Positions 18,856-27,551 of a stretch of DNA of 50,444 bases are shown here, piece by piece; the first letter of the stretch is position 1; each line of letters begins with the position of its first letter. Made by a program: the position numbers and the translations under genes. The stretch is from Parcubacteria group bacterium (GTDB lineage: Bacteria > Patescibacteriota > Minisyncoccia > Moranbacterales > UBA9337): contig JBAZSW010000005.1 in NCBI GenBank assembly GCA_041662245.1, forward strand, positions 1-50,444, given 5' to 3'. Under the pieces are notes generated by a model. That model was given only the letters and a program-made list of their open reading frames with translations. It was not told the DNA's origin and did no database searches.

Positions 18856-19558
18856 TAAATTTTTAATAAAATATAAAATATATATAATTATCGGAATTCT
18901 TTTTGTGATTTGGTTTTGTTTTTTATTTTTTATTATTATTCCCTCCATAAAGTCCCTAGAGGGTAATTTTGATCTCGTCCAAATGAGGCTTATTGATATG
19001 AAAACTAATGATGAAAAATTGAGTAAAATTTCATTATTGAGGGATAATTTTAGTAAAGTAGACAGCGAAAAAGGAAATTTAGACGTTATATTTTCAAAAG
19101 ATAATATTGTTGGTTTGGTTAAAGAGTTAGAAGCGATTGCTCAAGAAACGGGAAATAACGTGAGTATCTCAGTAAATGAAGATAATCAGGAAATAATAGA
19201 AGAAAATAAGAATAAGATAGATGCAAAAGAGAATGAATTATTAAAAGAATTGCCTACAAAAAGTTATTTTATGATAAAAATTAGTTTAGTGGGTGATTAC
19301 AATAGTCTAGTTAAGTTTGTAAATAAGTTGAATAATATAAAATATTATAATAGTGTAGTTTCTTTCAATATTTCTTCTAAAAAAATAACTATAGAAGATA
19401 AGAATAATAAAAATGATATTTCAAGTGGAGGAATTAGTTTGATGGGTAGTGGTGGAAGTAGTGATGTTACATTGCCAGAAGCAGAAAAGGAAAAATTAGT
19501 TTTAAGTTCTGATTTAGATGTAATATTTTATTCTTTAGAAAATGATAATGGAAAATAA
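18842..19558 (+). CDS. PilO-like pilus assembly protein
   Basis: Single N-terminal TM segment, a coiled coil, and overlapping start and stop with its neighbours (operon coupling). Confidence 0.45.
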   Translation: MKKNNKFLIKYKIYIIIGILFVIWFCFLFFIIIPSIKSLEGNFDLVQMRLIDMKTNDEKLSKISLLRDNFSKVDSEKGNLDVIFSKDNIVGLVKELEAIAQETGNNVSISVNEDNQEIIEENKNKIDAKENELLKELPTKSYFMIKISLVGDYNSLVKFVNKLNNIKYYNSVVSFNISSKKITIEDKNNKNDISSGGISLMGSGGSSDVTLPEAEKEKLVLSSDLDVIFYSLENDNGK

Positions 19559-19892
19559 AAAATTTAAATTAAAATTTAGCAAAGAAGATTTTGATATTAA
19601 TAAAATAAAAAATTCTGTTTTTGAATTTTTTCTAAATCACTCGGAGATATTGTTCATGATTTTTTTTGTTGGCATAGCTTCCTTCAGCGGATTTTTAATT
19701 TATAGATATATTTATTTTTCTTCTTGGAGTGAAGAAAGAAAAAAAACTTATTTACTGGAAGTGAAAAAAGGAGAGGTTGATTTTAATTTAAATGAATTTA
19801 ATGCGATAATTGAAAAAGTGAAGGAGCGGGACGCTGCGTATTCTGAAGATGATGTCGTGGAAGTTCGAGATATTTTTGGCGTTAAAAAATAA
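19542..19892 (+). CDS. small single-pass membrane protein, last gene of the pilus operon
   Basis: Overlaps the upstream gene. One TM segment (ILFMIFFVGIASFSGFLIY). Confidence 0.55.
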   Translation: MIMENKKFKLKFSKEDFDINKIKNSVFEFFLNHSEILFMIFFVGIASFSGFLIYRYIYFSSWSEERKKTYLLEVKKGEVDFNLNEFNAIIEKVKERDAAYSEDDVVEVRDIFGVKK

Positions 19893-19986
19893 AAAAATAT
19901 TTTATATAGTGCTATCAAAACTATTTTTTTAAACTAAGAAATACTGTTTTTGATGTGGACTCTGCATTGTTGGAGTGTATGAAATA

Positions 19987-20016
19987 TTTTATAAACAAAA
20001 AAGCACCACAGCGATG
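19987..20016. terminator. bidirectional hairpin terminator between the pilus operon (+) and the tRNA cluster (-)
   Basis: AAAAAAGCACCA-cagcga-TGGTGTTTTTTT, with an A-run and a T-run on either side. Confidence 0.6.
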
Positions 20017-20055
20017 GTGTTTTTTTGCTATTTTTTTATAAAGTTTTTTAGCAAG

Positions 20056-20127
20056 TGCTCTTGTCAGGACTCGAACCTGAAATGCTTGGTCCGAAGCCAA
20101 GTGTGATATCCATTTCACCACAAGAGC
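20056..20127 (-). tRNA. tRNA-Arg (anticodon TCG)
   Basis: Reverse complement GCTCTTG-TG-GTGA..TCAC-A-CTTGG-CTTCGGA-CCAAG-CATT-TCAGG-TTCGAGT-CCTGA-CAAGAGC-A folds as a cloverleaf. CCA is not encoded. Confidence 0.85.
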
Positions 20128-20166
20128 AATTTTACAGTAAATAATTTAATTTGAACTCTACACAGG

Positions 20167-20238
20167 GGCGATCACAGGGAATCGGACCCTGATACTCGGT
20201 ACCACAAACCGATGTTCTACCACTGAACTATGATCGCC
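20167..20238 (-). tRNA. tRNA-His (anticodon GTG), with G-1
   Basis: G(-1)GCGATCA...TCGGT-TTGTGGT-ACCGA...CAGGG-TCCGATT-CCCTG-TGATCGC-C. The extra 5' G pairs with C73, as is typical of tRNA-His. Confidence 0.9.
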
Positions 20239-20352
20239 ACTCTATAGACTTCTGTTTAATACTACCTAAAAATAGTAGCATATAAAATTGTGGAAATCAA
20301 GGGTTTCTTAAAATATAAAGAAAAATATTTTAAATAATATAGTGGTTAAAAT

Positions 20353-20430
20353 AAAAACACTATCCTTAATTGGATAGTGGTTTTAAATGGTTGTAGATAA
20401 TGTTATATGTGCGCCGTGGGGGATTCGAAC
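20353..20430 (-). repeat. 78-bp direct repeat copy 1 (terminator hairpin, spacer, and the 3' ~21 nt of tRNA-Lys)
   Basis: Matches 20496..20574 with about 3 mismatches. Contains hairpin CACTATCC-ttaatt-GGATAGTG (20358..20379). Confidence 0.85.
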
Positions 20431-20495
20431 TCCTCACTAATCACAGATAAAAGCCCTGAAAGCTAAATCACTTTCAGCTCTCCCAACTGAACTTC
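20410..20495 (-). pseudogene. tRNA-Lys-derived pseudo-tRNA (no 5' acceptor strand, 18-nt insertion, degraded stems)
   Basis: The minus strand reads GAAGTTCAGTTGGGAGAGC (D-arm), TGAAAGTGATTTAGCTTT, CAGGG-CTTTTAT-CTGTG (TTT loop), AGGAG-TTCGAAT-CCCCC-ACGGCGC-A. There is no GCGCCGT partner upstream. Confidence 0.55.
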
Positions 20496-20574
20496 AAAAA
20501 ACACTATCCTTAATTGGATAGTGGTTTTAAATGGTTGTTGATACTGTTATATGTGCGCCGTGGGGGATTCGAAC
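20496..20574 (-). repeat. 78-bp direct repeat copy 2 (overlaps the 3' end of the intact tRNA-Lys)
   Basis: See 20353..20430. Hairpin at 20502..20523. Confidence 0.85.
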
Positions 20575-20626
20575 CCTCGACCATCAGCTTAAAAGGCTGT
20601 TGCTCTACCAACTGAGCTAACGGCGC
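20554..20626 (-). tRNA. tRNA-Lys (anticodon TTT)
   Basis: GCGCCGT-TA-GCTC-AGTTGGTA-GAGC-A-ACAGC-CTTTTAA-GCTGA-TGGTC-GAGGG-TTCGAAT-CCCCC-ACGGCGC-A. Confidence 0.85.
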
Positions 20627-20887
20627 ATATAGTTTTTTGGATTGTTTTTATTTAATCGACTAGATTATCATTAATCGCCAAATTCATCAACTGAAACTGA
20701 AATAGGGTGCATATTTTAAAAAATAAAAATTTTCCCAAGAATGGGTTTGTTTATTTTTTTACTATATGGCTAAGCGTTTTATCTAAATATTCAGTACTAT
20801 GAAATTATAACTTTTTCAAAATAAAAGTCAACCCCATGTATTAGAAGATTCACCTTACGGCTGTTTCGTGTTCATCTTTTTAAATCT

Positions 20888-22234
20888 TTGTGTGTAATGG
20901 AGAGGCAGATGAATAAGTTTTATGTTAAAATAATGAATATGAGAATAGATAAACGCAAATTAATAATAAGTGGACTTTTGATGACAAGTTTGATTGTTCA
21001 TTTTTTATTCTTTGGTTATCCCAGAGAAGTGGTTTTTGATGAGGTATTTTTTGGTAAATTCATAGCTTCTTATTATAATGGAGAATATTTCTTTGATATT
21101 CATCCACCATTAGGAAAACTAATTATTGCTGGCTTTGGAAAATTATTTGATCTGCAGTTGCATGATAATTTTTCCATTGTAGGAAATAGCTATTTAAATA
21201 ATAATTATTTGTTTCTACGTTTTTTACCCTCTTTGGCAGGGACATTTTTGCCAATAATCTTATTTTTACTAGCTATAGAAATAGGCTTTTCTCTTTGGGG
21301 AGCAACTATTTTGGGTTTATTTTTAATATTTGAGAATGCGTTGTTGACCCAATCGAGGTTTATTCTTTTGGATTCTTTTTTGTTGTTTTTTGGCTTTGGT
21401 TCTTTGCTGTTATATTTTATTTATCGTAGAAAGAAAAATTGGAAGTATTTATTGGGAGCAGGAATTTTGGGAGCAGGAGCTTTTTCCATTAAATGGACTG
21501 GTCTAACATTTATATTTTTAATTATTGTAAATGAAATTTTTTCAAAAAATGGTCTGTTGAAATTAAAAGTGCTTAAGATAATGATTTTTTTATTTTTCAT
21601 ACCAATCCTTTTTTATTTTATTTTCTTTGTGGTTCATTTTTCTATTTTGTCAAAAACTGGGACGGGAGATGACTATATGACAAAAAAATTTCAACATTCT
21701 TTGGAAGGAAATAAATGGAGCGCTAAAGAAATTCCAGATATTAATGTATTTGAAAAATTTATTGAATTAAATACTGAAATGTATAGGGCCAATGCTCGTC
21801 TTACTCAGAGACACGAATATGAAAGCAGATGGTATGTTTGGCCACTGATGATAAAACCTGTCTCCTACTGGGAAAGAGATGATAGACATATTTATTTTTC
21901 AGGAAACCTGCTCTTGTGGTGGGCGGGAACAGCAGCTGTTTTGTGGGGACTGATAAAACAATTAACTAATTTTTTTAAAAAAGATCGGCAATTAAATTTT
22001 CTTTTGGCAGGTTTTTTTGTGTCTTGGCTTCCCTTTATTTTTATTTCAAGAACTATGTTCCTCTATCATTATTTAGTTAGTTTAATCTTTTCTATTGTAA
22101 TTTTAGTTTATTTTTTGGATAAAAGTGAAAAAATGAAAAAAATAGGAATTACCTTAGTAACAATTGTTTTTATTATTTTTTTGATACTTTCTCCTTTTTC
22201 GTATGGTTTTCGTATGAGTGATTTTCTGAAATGA
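20888..22234 (+). CDS. GT39 protein O-mannosyltransferase-like (polyprenol-phosphate-mannose dependent) membrane glycosyltransferase
   Basis: VVFDEVFFGKFIASYY...FFDIHPPLGKLIIA is the diagnostic PMT loop-1 motif. Many TM segments. The real start is probably an internal Met (MNKFYV or MNMRIDK). Confidence 0.8.
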   Translation: MCVMERQMNKFYVKIMNMRIDKRKLIISGLLMTSLIVHFLFFGYPREVVFDEVFFGKFIASYYNGEYFFDIHPPLGKLIIAGFGKLFDLQLHDNFSIVGNSYLNNNYLFLRFLPSLAGTFLPIILFLLAIEIGFSLWGATILGLFLIFENALLTQSRFILLDSFLLFFGFGSLLLYFIYRRKKNWKYLLGAGILGAGAFSIKWTGLTFIFLIIVNEIFSKNGLLKLKVLKIMIFLFFIPILFYFIFFVVHFSILSKTGTGDDYMTKKFQHSLEGNKWSAKEIPDINVFEKFIELNTEMYRANARLTQRHEYESRWYVWPLMIKPVSYWERDDRHIYFSGNLLLWWAGTAAVLWGLIKQLTNFFKKDRQLNFLLAGFFVSWLPFIFISRTMFLYHYLVSLIFSIVILVYFLDKSEKMKKIGITLVTIVFIIFLILSPFSYGFRMSDFLK

Positions 22235-22312
22235 AATCCTTGGTTTTTTTTAATTAGTGTAATATAATTAAAGAGAAAATGAAGGTAAAATAATTTTTTT
22301 AAATTTTACAAT

Positions 22313-23365
22313 ATGAAGAAACGCGTACTGTTTTTTGCTGTTTTTCCCCTAACTGTTTTTTTGTCAGGGTGTTCTATCGGTGGAAGTAGCTCTTCGGGGG
22401 AAACAGGAGGAATGTTGGTGTCAAAGGATTCGGGTACTTTTTGGGAATTAAAAAATAAGGTTAATGATAAACAAAATATATCTAAAGTAGATGTTTTGGA
22501 TATAGCGATTGATCCTGTGGACAATGAGAGGATTTATTTGGGGACAAAAGACAAGGGAATAGTTTTTTCAGAGAATAGCGCTCAAAATTGGGAAAAACTA
22601 ACATTTCCAGCTAACAAAGTTTATGGGATAGCGATAAATTATTTTAAGCCTAGCGATATTTATGCTTTGGGCGTTTTGGGTGCTAGAGGAAAGATTTTTA
22701 AAACAAGTGATTACGGTGAAAAATGGGATGAAATTTATACAGAGCCAGCTGATGGAACAGTGATTATTTCTTTGGCTATGGATAAAAATAATCCAATGGT
22801 TTTGTATATGGGAACTTCCAAAGGGGCTATTTTAAAGACCGTAGATGGAGGAGCAACTTGGAGAAGCCTTTTTGCTGCTAGTGGTCCAGTTACAAAAATA
22901 TTATTTGGAGGAGGATCAGATAGTCATATTTATTTTTTAATCCAAGAATCTCAAGTATTAGTTTCGGATAATAATGGTAGTGATTTCAAAGTTATAGGAA
23001 GCAATATCAAAAGTGGAGACAAGAAAATGGGAAAAGTTTATTCTTTAGCTGTAAGTGAAAGTGATAGTGGTGCGATATATGTTGGAACTGATAATGGAAT
23101 TTTGAGAAGTTATGATGCAGGGGATAGTTTGGAAGAAGTGAGTGTCTTGAATACTTCCAAGGGTTTTCCAATTAGATCAATTGCCATAAATCCAAAAAAT
23201 TCTCAAGAAATTATTTATAGTGCTGCTCAGGCGATTTATAAATCTGTAGATGGAGGAAAAAATTGGTCGACCTATCAGTTAAATACTGGGAAATTAATTT
23301 CAGAAATTGTTTTTGATCCGAGTGACGTAAGTACAATTTATGCTGGTTTAAGAAGTTTTAAATAA
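22313..23365 (+). CDS. lipoprotein with BNR/Asp-box repeats (beta-propeller, Ycf48/sialidase-like fold)
   Basis: Lipobox FLSGC. Repeated SxDxGxxW-type boxes: SKDSGTFW, TSDYGEKW, TVDGGATW, SVDGGKNW. Confidence 0.75.
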   Translation: MKKRVLFFAVFPLTVFLSGCSIGGSSSSGETGGMLVSKDSGTFWELKNKVNDKQNISKVDVLDIAIDPVDNERIYLGTKDKGIVFSENSAQNWEKLTFPANKVYGIAINYFKPSDIYALGVLGARGKIFKTSDYGEKWDEIYTEPADGTVIISLAMDKNNPMVLYMGTSKGAILKTVDGGATWRSLFAASGPVTKILFGGGSDSHIYFLIQESQVLVSDNNGSDFKVIGSNIKSGDKKMGKVYSLAVSESDSGAIYVGTDNGILRSYDAGDSLEEVSVLNTSKGFPIRSIAINPKNSQEIIYSAAQAIYKSVDGGKNWSTYQLNTGKLISEIVFDPSDVSTIYAGLRSFK

Positions 23366-23371
23366 AAATAT

Positions 23372-23929
23372 ATGTATAAAAAAGTAATAGAAGACAAAAG
23401 AACAGATTTGAATGGTGCTATCGAGCATTTTAAGGTAGAAATGTCAAAAATAAGAACAGGTCGAGCCAATCCCTCAATTATAGAGGATTTATTGATTGAT
23501 TATTATGGAACGAAGACTCCACTTAAGCAAATAGCTAATATTAATGTTCCAGAACCAAGGACTCTTCTTGTCCAGCCTTGGAGTAGAGATAGTTTAACTA
23601 ATATTGAAGCAGCGATAAAAATTTCTGATTTAAATTTGTCTCCCAATAACGATGGAGAGGTCATTCGAATTAATATTCCTGCTCTTAATGAAGAGCGAAG
23701 AATTGAATTAGTAAAAACTCTCAACAAAAAAGCTGAGGAAGCGAGAATATCAATACGAAATATCCGTGAAGATATTTGGCAAGAGTTGCAAGAGATGGAA
23801 AAAGCGGGAAAAATTGCGGAAGATGATAAATTTAGAGGAAAAGAAAGGCTGCAAGAAACAGTTAATGAATATAATAAAAAAGTTGATGAGTTAAGAGAAA
23901 AGAAAGAACAAGACATAATGACAGTTTAG
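23372..23929 (+). CDS. frr: ribosome recycling factor
   Basis: RTGRANPSIIEDLLIDYYGTKTPLKQIANINVPEPRTLLVQPW. Confidence 0.95.
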   Translation: MYKKVIEDKRTDLNGAIEHFKVEMSKIRTGRANPSIIEDLLIDYYGTKTPLKQIANINVPEPRTLLVQPWSRDSLTNIEAAIKISDLNLSPNNDGEVIRINIPALNEERRIELVKTLNKKAEEARISIRNIREDIWQELQEMEKAGKIAEDDKFRGKERLQETVNEYNKKVDELREKKEQDIMTV

Positions 23930-24006
23930 GGTTATATCTGGAAGTGAAGGCTAGAAATATTTTTGATGATATTTTTTTAATTTTTTGTTAAATATTTAAT
24001 TATAAT

Positions 24007-24495
24007 ATGATTAAGTTGGTTAATACAGCGGGCTTTATTGCAATTAATCAAGAGAATAAAATTCTTCTTGTTAGGCAGTGCAAGGGAGAGAAGGAACAAA
24101 CAACAAAAGATGATAATTTGATATTGCCAAAAAAGGATATAGAGGAAGTGGCCATTGAAGAATGGTTAATTCCTTTTTGTGCCATTGATGATGATGAAAA
24201 TCCAAGAGACGCCTTAAAAAAGGAAATTAAAAAGTGCCTAAGTTGTGACGTAGAAGATTGTAATTATTTTAATCTTTATTTCTATAATATTTCAGATAGT
24301 TTCATAAAGAAAGTTTCTTATTTCTATGGAACTATATCAGGAGAGGCTAAGGTGAAGGATTCTTCATCAAACATTGAATGGATTAGTTTAGAAAAGAGTG
24401 AAATAGCTAAGCTAAATTTAACTCCTGAGCAGAAGGAAGTGTTAAATGATTTTATCGATTTTCATCAAGATAAATTTTTAGAGAAAATGGATTAA
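24007..24495 (+). CDS. Nudix-fold-like protein with a degenerate Nudix box
   Basis: AGFIAINQENKILLVRQ start and ENPRDALKKEIKK in place of REUxEE. Low functional confidence. Confidence 0.4.
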   Translation: MIKLVNTAGFIAINQENKILLVRQCKGEKEQTTKDDNLILPKKDIEEVAIEEWLIPFCAIDDDENPRDALKKEIKKCLSCDVEDCNYFNLYFYNISDSFIKKVSYFYGTISGEAKVKDSSSNIEWISLEKSEIAKLNLTPEQKEVLNDFIDFHQDKFLEKMD

Positions 24496-24716
24496 TAACA
24501 TTTTATTCCCATAGAATGAAGGATTTTATTATCAGTACGAAATTATTGGATAGTTTGTTTCATCTCAAATTAACCTTCATCAGTTAGTTGGAGATTTTTT
24601 TGTTATTAATTTTTTAATTTATGAGTTTTTTAACCAATATTTACTTTTTATCTTTTTGGTATTAAACTATAACTTGGAGGAGGATTTTAGATTTTAATTA
24701 GTTAATTCTATAAGAT

Positions 24717-25325
24717 ATGTCTTCGATGCAAGTTTTAGAGATATTGTTTGGTTCCAAATCAAGGGCCAGAATGATGCGTTTCTTTATTTTAAATAATAGT
24801 CAAGAATATTCTTTTTCAGATATTGTTAATAAGAATATTTTGAATACAACGGAAGCTCGAAAAGAATTAAATGCTTTTAAAAAGGCAGAATTCGTAAGAG
24901 AAAAAACTAAAAAAGGAAAAAGATATTATCATACTAATGTTAACTTTCCGTTCTATCAAGAATTAGAGCGCTTGGTCATAAAATCTGATATCTTTCCTCA
25001 ATGTAGTAGCTTGAGCAATGTGAAAAGAATTGGTGATGTAAAATTAGTTTTGACAACGGGTGTTTTTATGAATTACGGGAAAGGGAAGCTAGATCTTCTT
25101 TTGGTGGTAGATAATGTAAGCAGAGCCAAGCTAAAGACTTTGATAAACCATTTAGAAGCAGAGGTGGGTAAAGAAATCAGATTTATGGTTTTGACGGGGG
25201 ATGAATTGACTTATCGATTAAATATGCTAGACAGATTTTTGATAAATATATTTAAAGAACCCCATGACGTCTACTTTAGTAAAGTTCCCAAGATAAAACA
25301 AATTGTATCGGTTTTAAAGAAATAA
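24717..25325 (+). CDS. winged-helix plus minimal nucleotidyltransferase-like protein (putative regulator)
   Basis: N-terminal LEILFGSKSRARMMRFF (wHTH-like) and central GKLDLLLVVDN (NTase-like). Confidence 0.45.
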   Translation: MSSMQVLEILFGSKSRARMMRFFILNNSQEYSFSDIVNKNILNTTEARKELNAFKKAEFVREKTKKGKRYYHTNVNFPFYQELERLVIKSDIFPQCSSLSNVKRIGDVKLVLTTGVFMNYGKGKLDLLLVVDNVSRAKLKTLINHLEAEVGKEIRFMVLTGDELTYRLNMLDRFLINIFKEPHDVYFSKVPKIKQIVSVLKK

Positions 25326-25335
25326 TTGAAATAGA

Positions 25336-25692
25336 ATGGATGATATCAAACAATTTTTTAAAAATAAATTATTACTAACTTTGTTTGGTGGTTCTTTTTT
25401 GATAAATATTCTTAATTTTTTAGCTTTATTTTATTTTGTCAGAAGTGTAAACAGCTTAATAATATTGCATTATAATGTTTATTTAGGAGTGGACTTGATG
25501 GGCGAGAGTAATCAGGTTTTTCTTATCCCTGTTGTGGGAAATTTTTTTGCCTTAGTTAATTTATGTCTGGCTATTTATTTTTTTTCAAAAAAAGAAAGAA
25601 TGTTATCTCATATATTGTCTTTAGCGACTTTTATTGTGCAGCTAGGTATAAGCATTGCTAGTGGATCTCTGATTTTGGTTAATTATTTTTAA
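25336..25692 (+). CDS. small multi-pass membrane protein
   Basis: 118 aa, 3-4 TM segments, immediately upstream of the GT2 synthase. Confidence 0.55.
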   Translation: MDDIKQFFKNKLLLTLFGGSFLINILNFLALFYFVRSVNSLIILHYNVYLGVDLMGESNQVFLIPVVGNFFALVNLCLAIYFFSKKERMLSHILSLATFIVQLGISIASGSLILVNYF

Positions 25693-25704
25693 TTAAATCT
25701 TTTT

Positions 25705-27384
25705 ATGTTTAATTTTCCCAGTCCTTATCCAAAAGATGAACAAGATAAAAAAATACAAAGAACTTTAGAGATAATACCTGGTATTTTAACTTGGTCAACC
25801 TTGATCGGTATGCCGGTTTTATCCTTTTTATTTCCATTGTGGGTGTCAGTTTTTATTATCGTGTTTGATATCTATTGGATACATCGAACAATTTTTATAT
25901 CCACTTATTCAATTACAGCTTATAAAAAATTATCCAGAGGAAAAAATACTGATTGGTGGGGAAGGTGTCAAAATGTAGAAGATCCTGAAAAATACGTGGA
26001 GATTTTAACAGAGAAAATTAATAATTTGAAAAAAGTACTCAAAGAAAAAATGACTTTTTTGGAAAAGAGGAAAGTAAAGAAAGAAATACGACTTTTGAAA
26101 ATGGAGTGTAGGGAAATTTCCAAATTAAAAGATCTTAAAAGTGAGATATGGGATTGGCGAAAAATTGTTCATGTTGTGATGTTGCCTACTGCCGGAGAGC
26201 CTGCAAGCGTCATTGAACCAACTATAAAAGCTATTAAAGAAAGTAATTTTCCTAATAAACAAATAATAATTCTTCTAGCCACTGAGGAGCGTGAATCAGA
26301 AGAAAAGAGATTGGAAAAGGTAGATTATTTGAAAAATAAATTTACGGGTGTTTTTCGTGATTTTTTAGTTACTACTCATATTGTGGCTGAGGGTGAAATG
26401 AAATGCAAAGCTTCCAATGCTACTTTTGCGGCTAGAGAATTGAAAAGATATCTCGAAGAAAGAGATGTTGATTTAGAAAAAGTTATTTTTTCTAATTTTG
26501 ATTGTGACAGTGTCTGCCATAAGGAGTACTTTGCGGCATTGACTTATCACTATATTATTGATCCCAAAAGATTGCAAAGATCTTATCAGCCCATCCCGAT
26601 GTATCATAATAATTTATGGGATACTAATGCTTTTGTAAGAGTAATAGTAACCAGCTCTTCTTTTTGGCATATGTTTCAGAGTACCAGAAGGGAAATGGTT
26701 ACTTTCTCGTCGCATAGTGAGCCTTTTGCAACTTTAGTTAATGTTGATTTTTGGCCAGTAAATATGATTAGCGAAGACTCTATTATTTATTGGAAATGCT
26801 TCTCTTTTTATAATGGTGACTATCAAGTTACTCCAATTTATTTGCCCATTTCTTTGGATGCGGTATTAGCTAAGACTTATTGGCAAACAATTAAAAATCA
26901 ATATTTTCAAAAACGTCGTTGGGCTTATGGTATAGAAAATTTTCCGATTATAATGCGGTCTATTTGGAAAAATAAAACTATAAAATTAACTAGAAAGCTA
27001 GGAATAGCCTTTGAAATGCTTGAGGGGCACCATTCTTGGGCGACAGCCCCTTTCATTCTTGCTTTTTTGGGTTGGATGCCACTTATTTTTGGAGGGAGCG
27101 AATTTAACGAAAGCGTATTAGCGCATAATCTTCCTTTTGTCACCAGAGGACTAATGAGTTTGGCAATGTTAGGGTTGGTTATTTCAATGTCACTTAGTTT
27201 TATATTAATGCCAATGAGGCCTAAAAAATATTCTCGTTGGAAATATTTGAATATGTTTTTTCAGTGGTTGCTAATACCGATAATTGCACCGACTTTAGGC
27301 GCGATGCCGGCGATAGATTCTCAAACTAGAATTTTAATTAAAAAATATTTTACTGAATTTTGGGTAACACCGAAGGATAAGTAA
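25705..27384 (+). CDS. processive family-2 glycosyltransferase (cellulose/chitin-synthase-like membrane synthase)
   Basis: VMLPTAGEP, NFDCDS, SEDS and QKRRWAYG (QxxRW) blocks, flanked by TM segments. Confidence 0.75.
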   Translation: MFNFPSPYPKDEQDKKIQRTLEIIPGILTWSTLIGMPVLSFLFPLWVSVFIIVFDIYWIHRTIFISTYSITAYKKLSRGKNTDWWGRCQNVEDPEKYVEILTEKINNLKKVLKEKMTFLEKRKVKKEIRLLKMECREISKLKDLKSEIWDWRKIVHVVMLPTAGEPASVIEPTIKAIKESNFPNKQIIILLATEERESEEKRLEKVDYLKNKFTGVFRDFLVTTHIVAEGEMKCKASNATFAARELKRYLEERDVDLEKVIFSNFDCDSVCHKEYFAALTYHYIIDPKRLQRSYQPIPMYHNNLWDTNAFVRVIVTSSSFWHMFQSTRREMVTFSSHSEPFATLVNVDFWPVNMISEDSIIYWKCFSFYNGDYQVTPIYLPISLDAVLAKTYWQTIKNQYFQKRRWAYGIENFPIIMRSIWKNKTIKLTRKLGIAFEMLEGHHSWATAPFILAFLGWMPLIFGGSEFNESVLAHNLPFVTRGLMSLAMLGLVISMSLSFILMPMRPKKYSRWKYLNMFFQWLLIPIIAPTLGAMPAIDSQTRILIKKYFTEFWVTPKDK

Positions 27385-27551
27385 TATATTGAAAAATTTC
27401 AAATTTCAAATTTTAAATCAATATTAAATGATTTAATGGCTAAAATTTTAAATGATGTTTAGAAATATTTTAGAAATGTATTACATTGAAACATTAAAAA
27501 TTTATTATTAAAAATTGATTCAAAATTAAGAATTAAAAATTAATTTAAATT

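Noticed and set aside
19921-20121. Track ORF 19921..20121 (-), and likewise 49686..49895 (-).
   Set aside because: They overlap tRNA-Arg and tRNA-Leu respectively and are by-products of the tRNA sequence.
20056-20640. A genomic island or prophage integrated at the tRNA cluster.
   Set aside because: Only about 70 nt separate the direct repeats. No integrase, excisionase or phage-like genes lie on either side. The neighbouring genes are ordinary cell-envelope genes.
23503-23916. 137-aa antisense ORF inside frr. Similar antisense ORFs lie at 884..1204, 3544..3738, 11291..11626, 13233..13460, 16205..16513, 17035..17487, 34355..34690, 37505..37774, 40126..40434 and 40524..40817.
   Set aside because: Each lies fully within, or is shadowed by, a well-supported gene on the other strand. 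They have low-complexity Ser/Leu/Phe-rich translations typical of antisense frames in AT-rich DNA.
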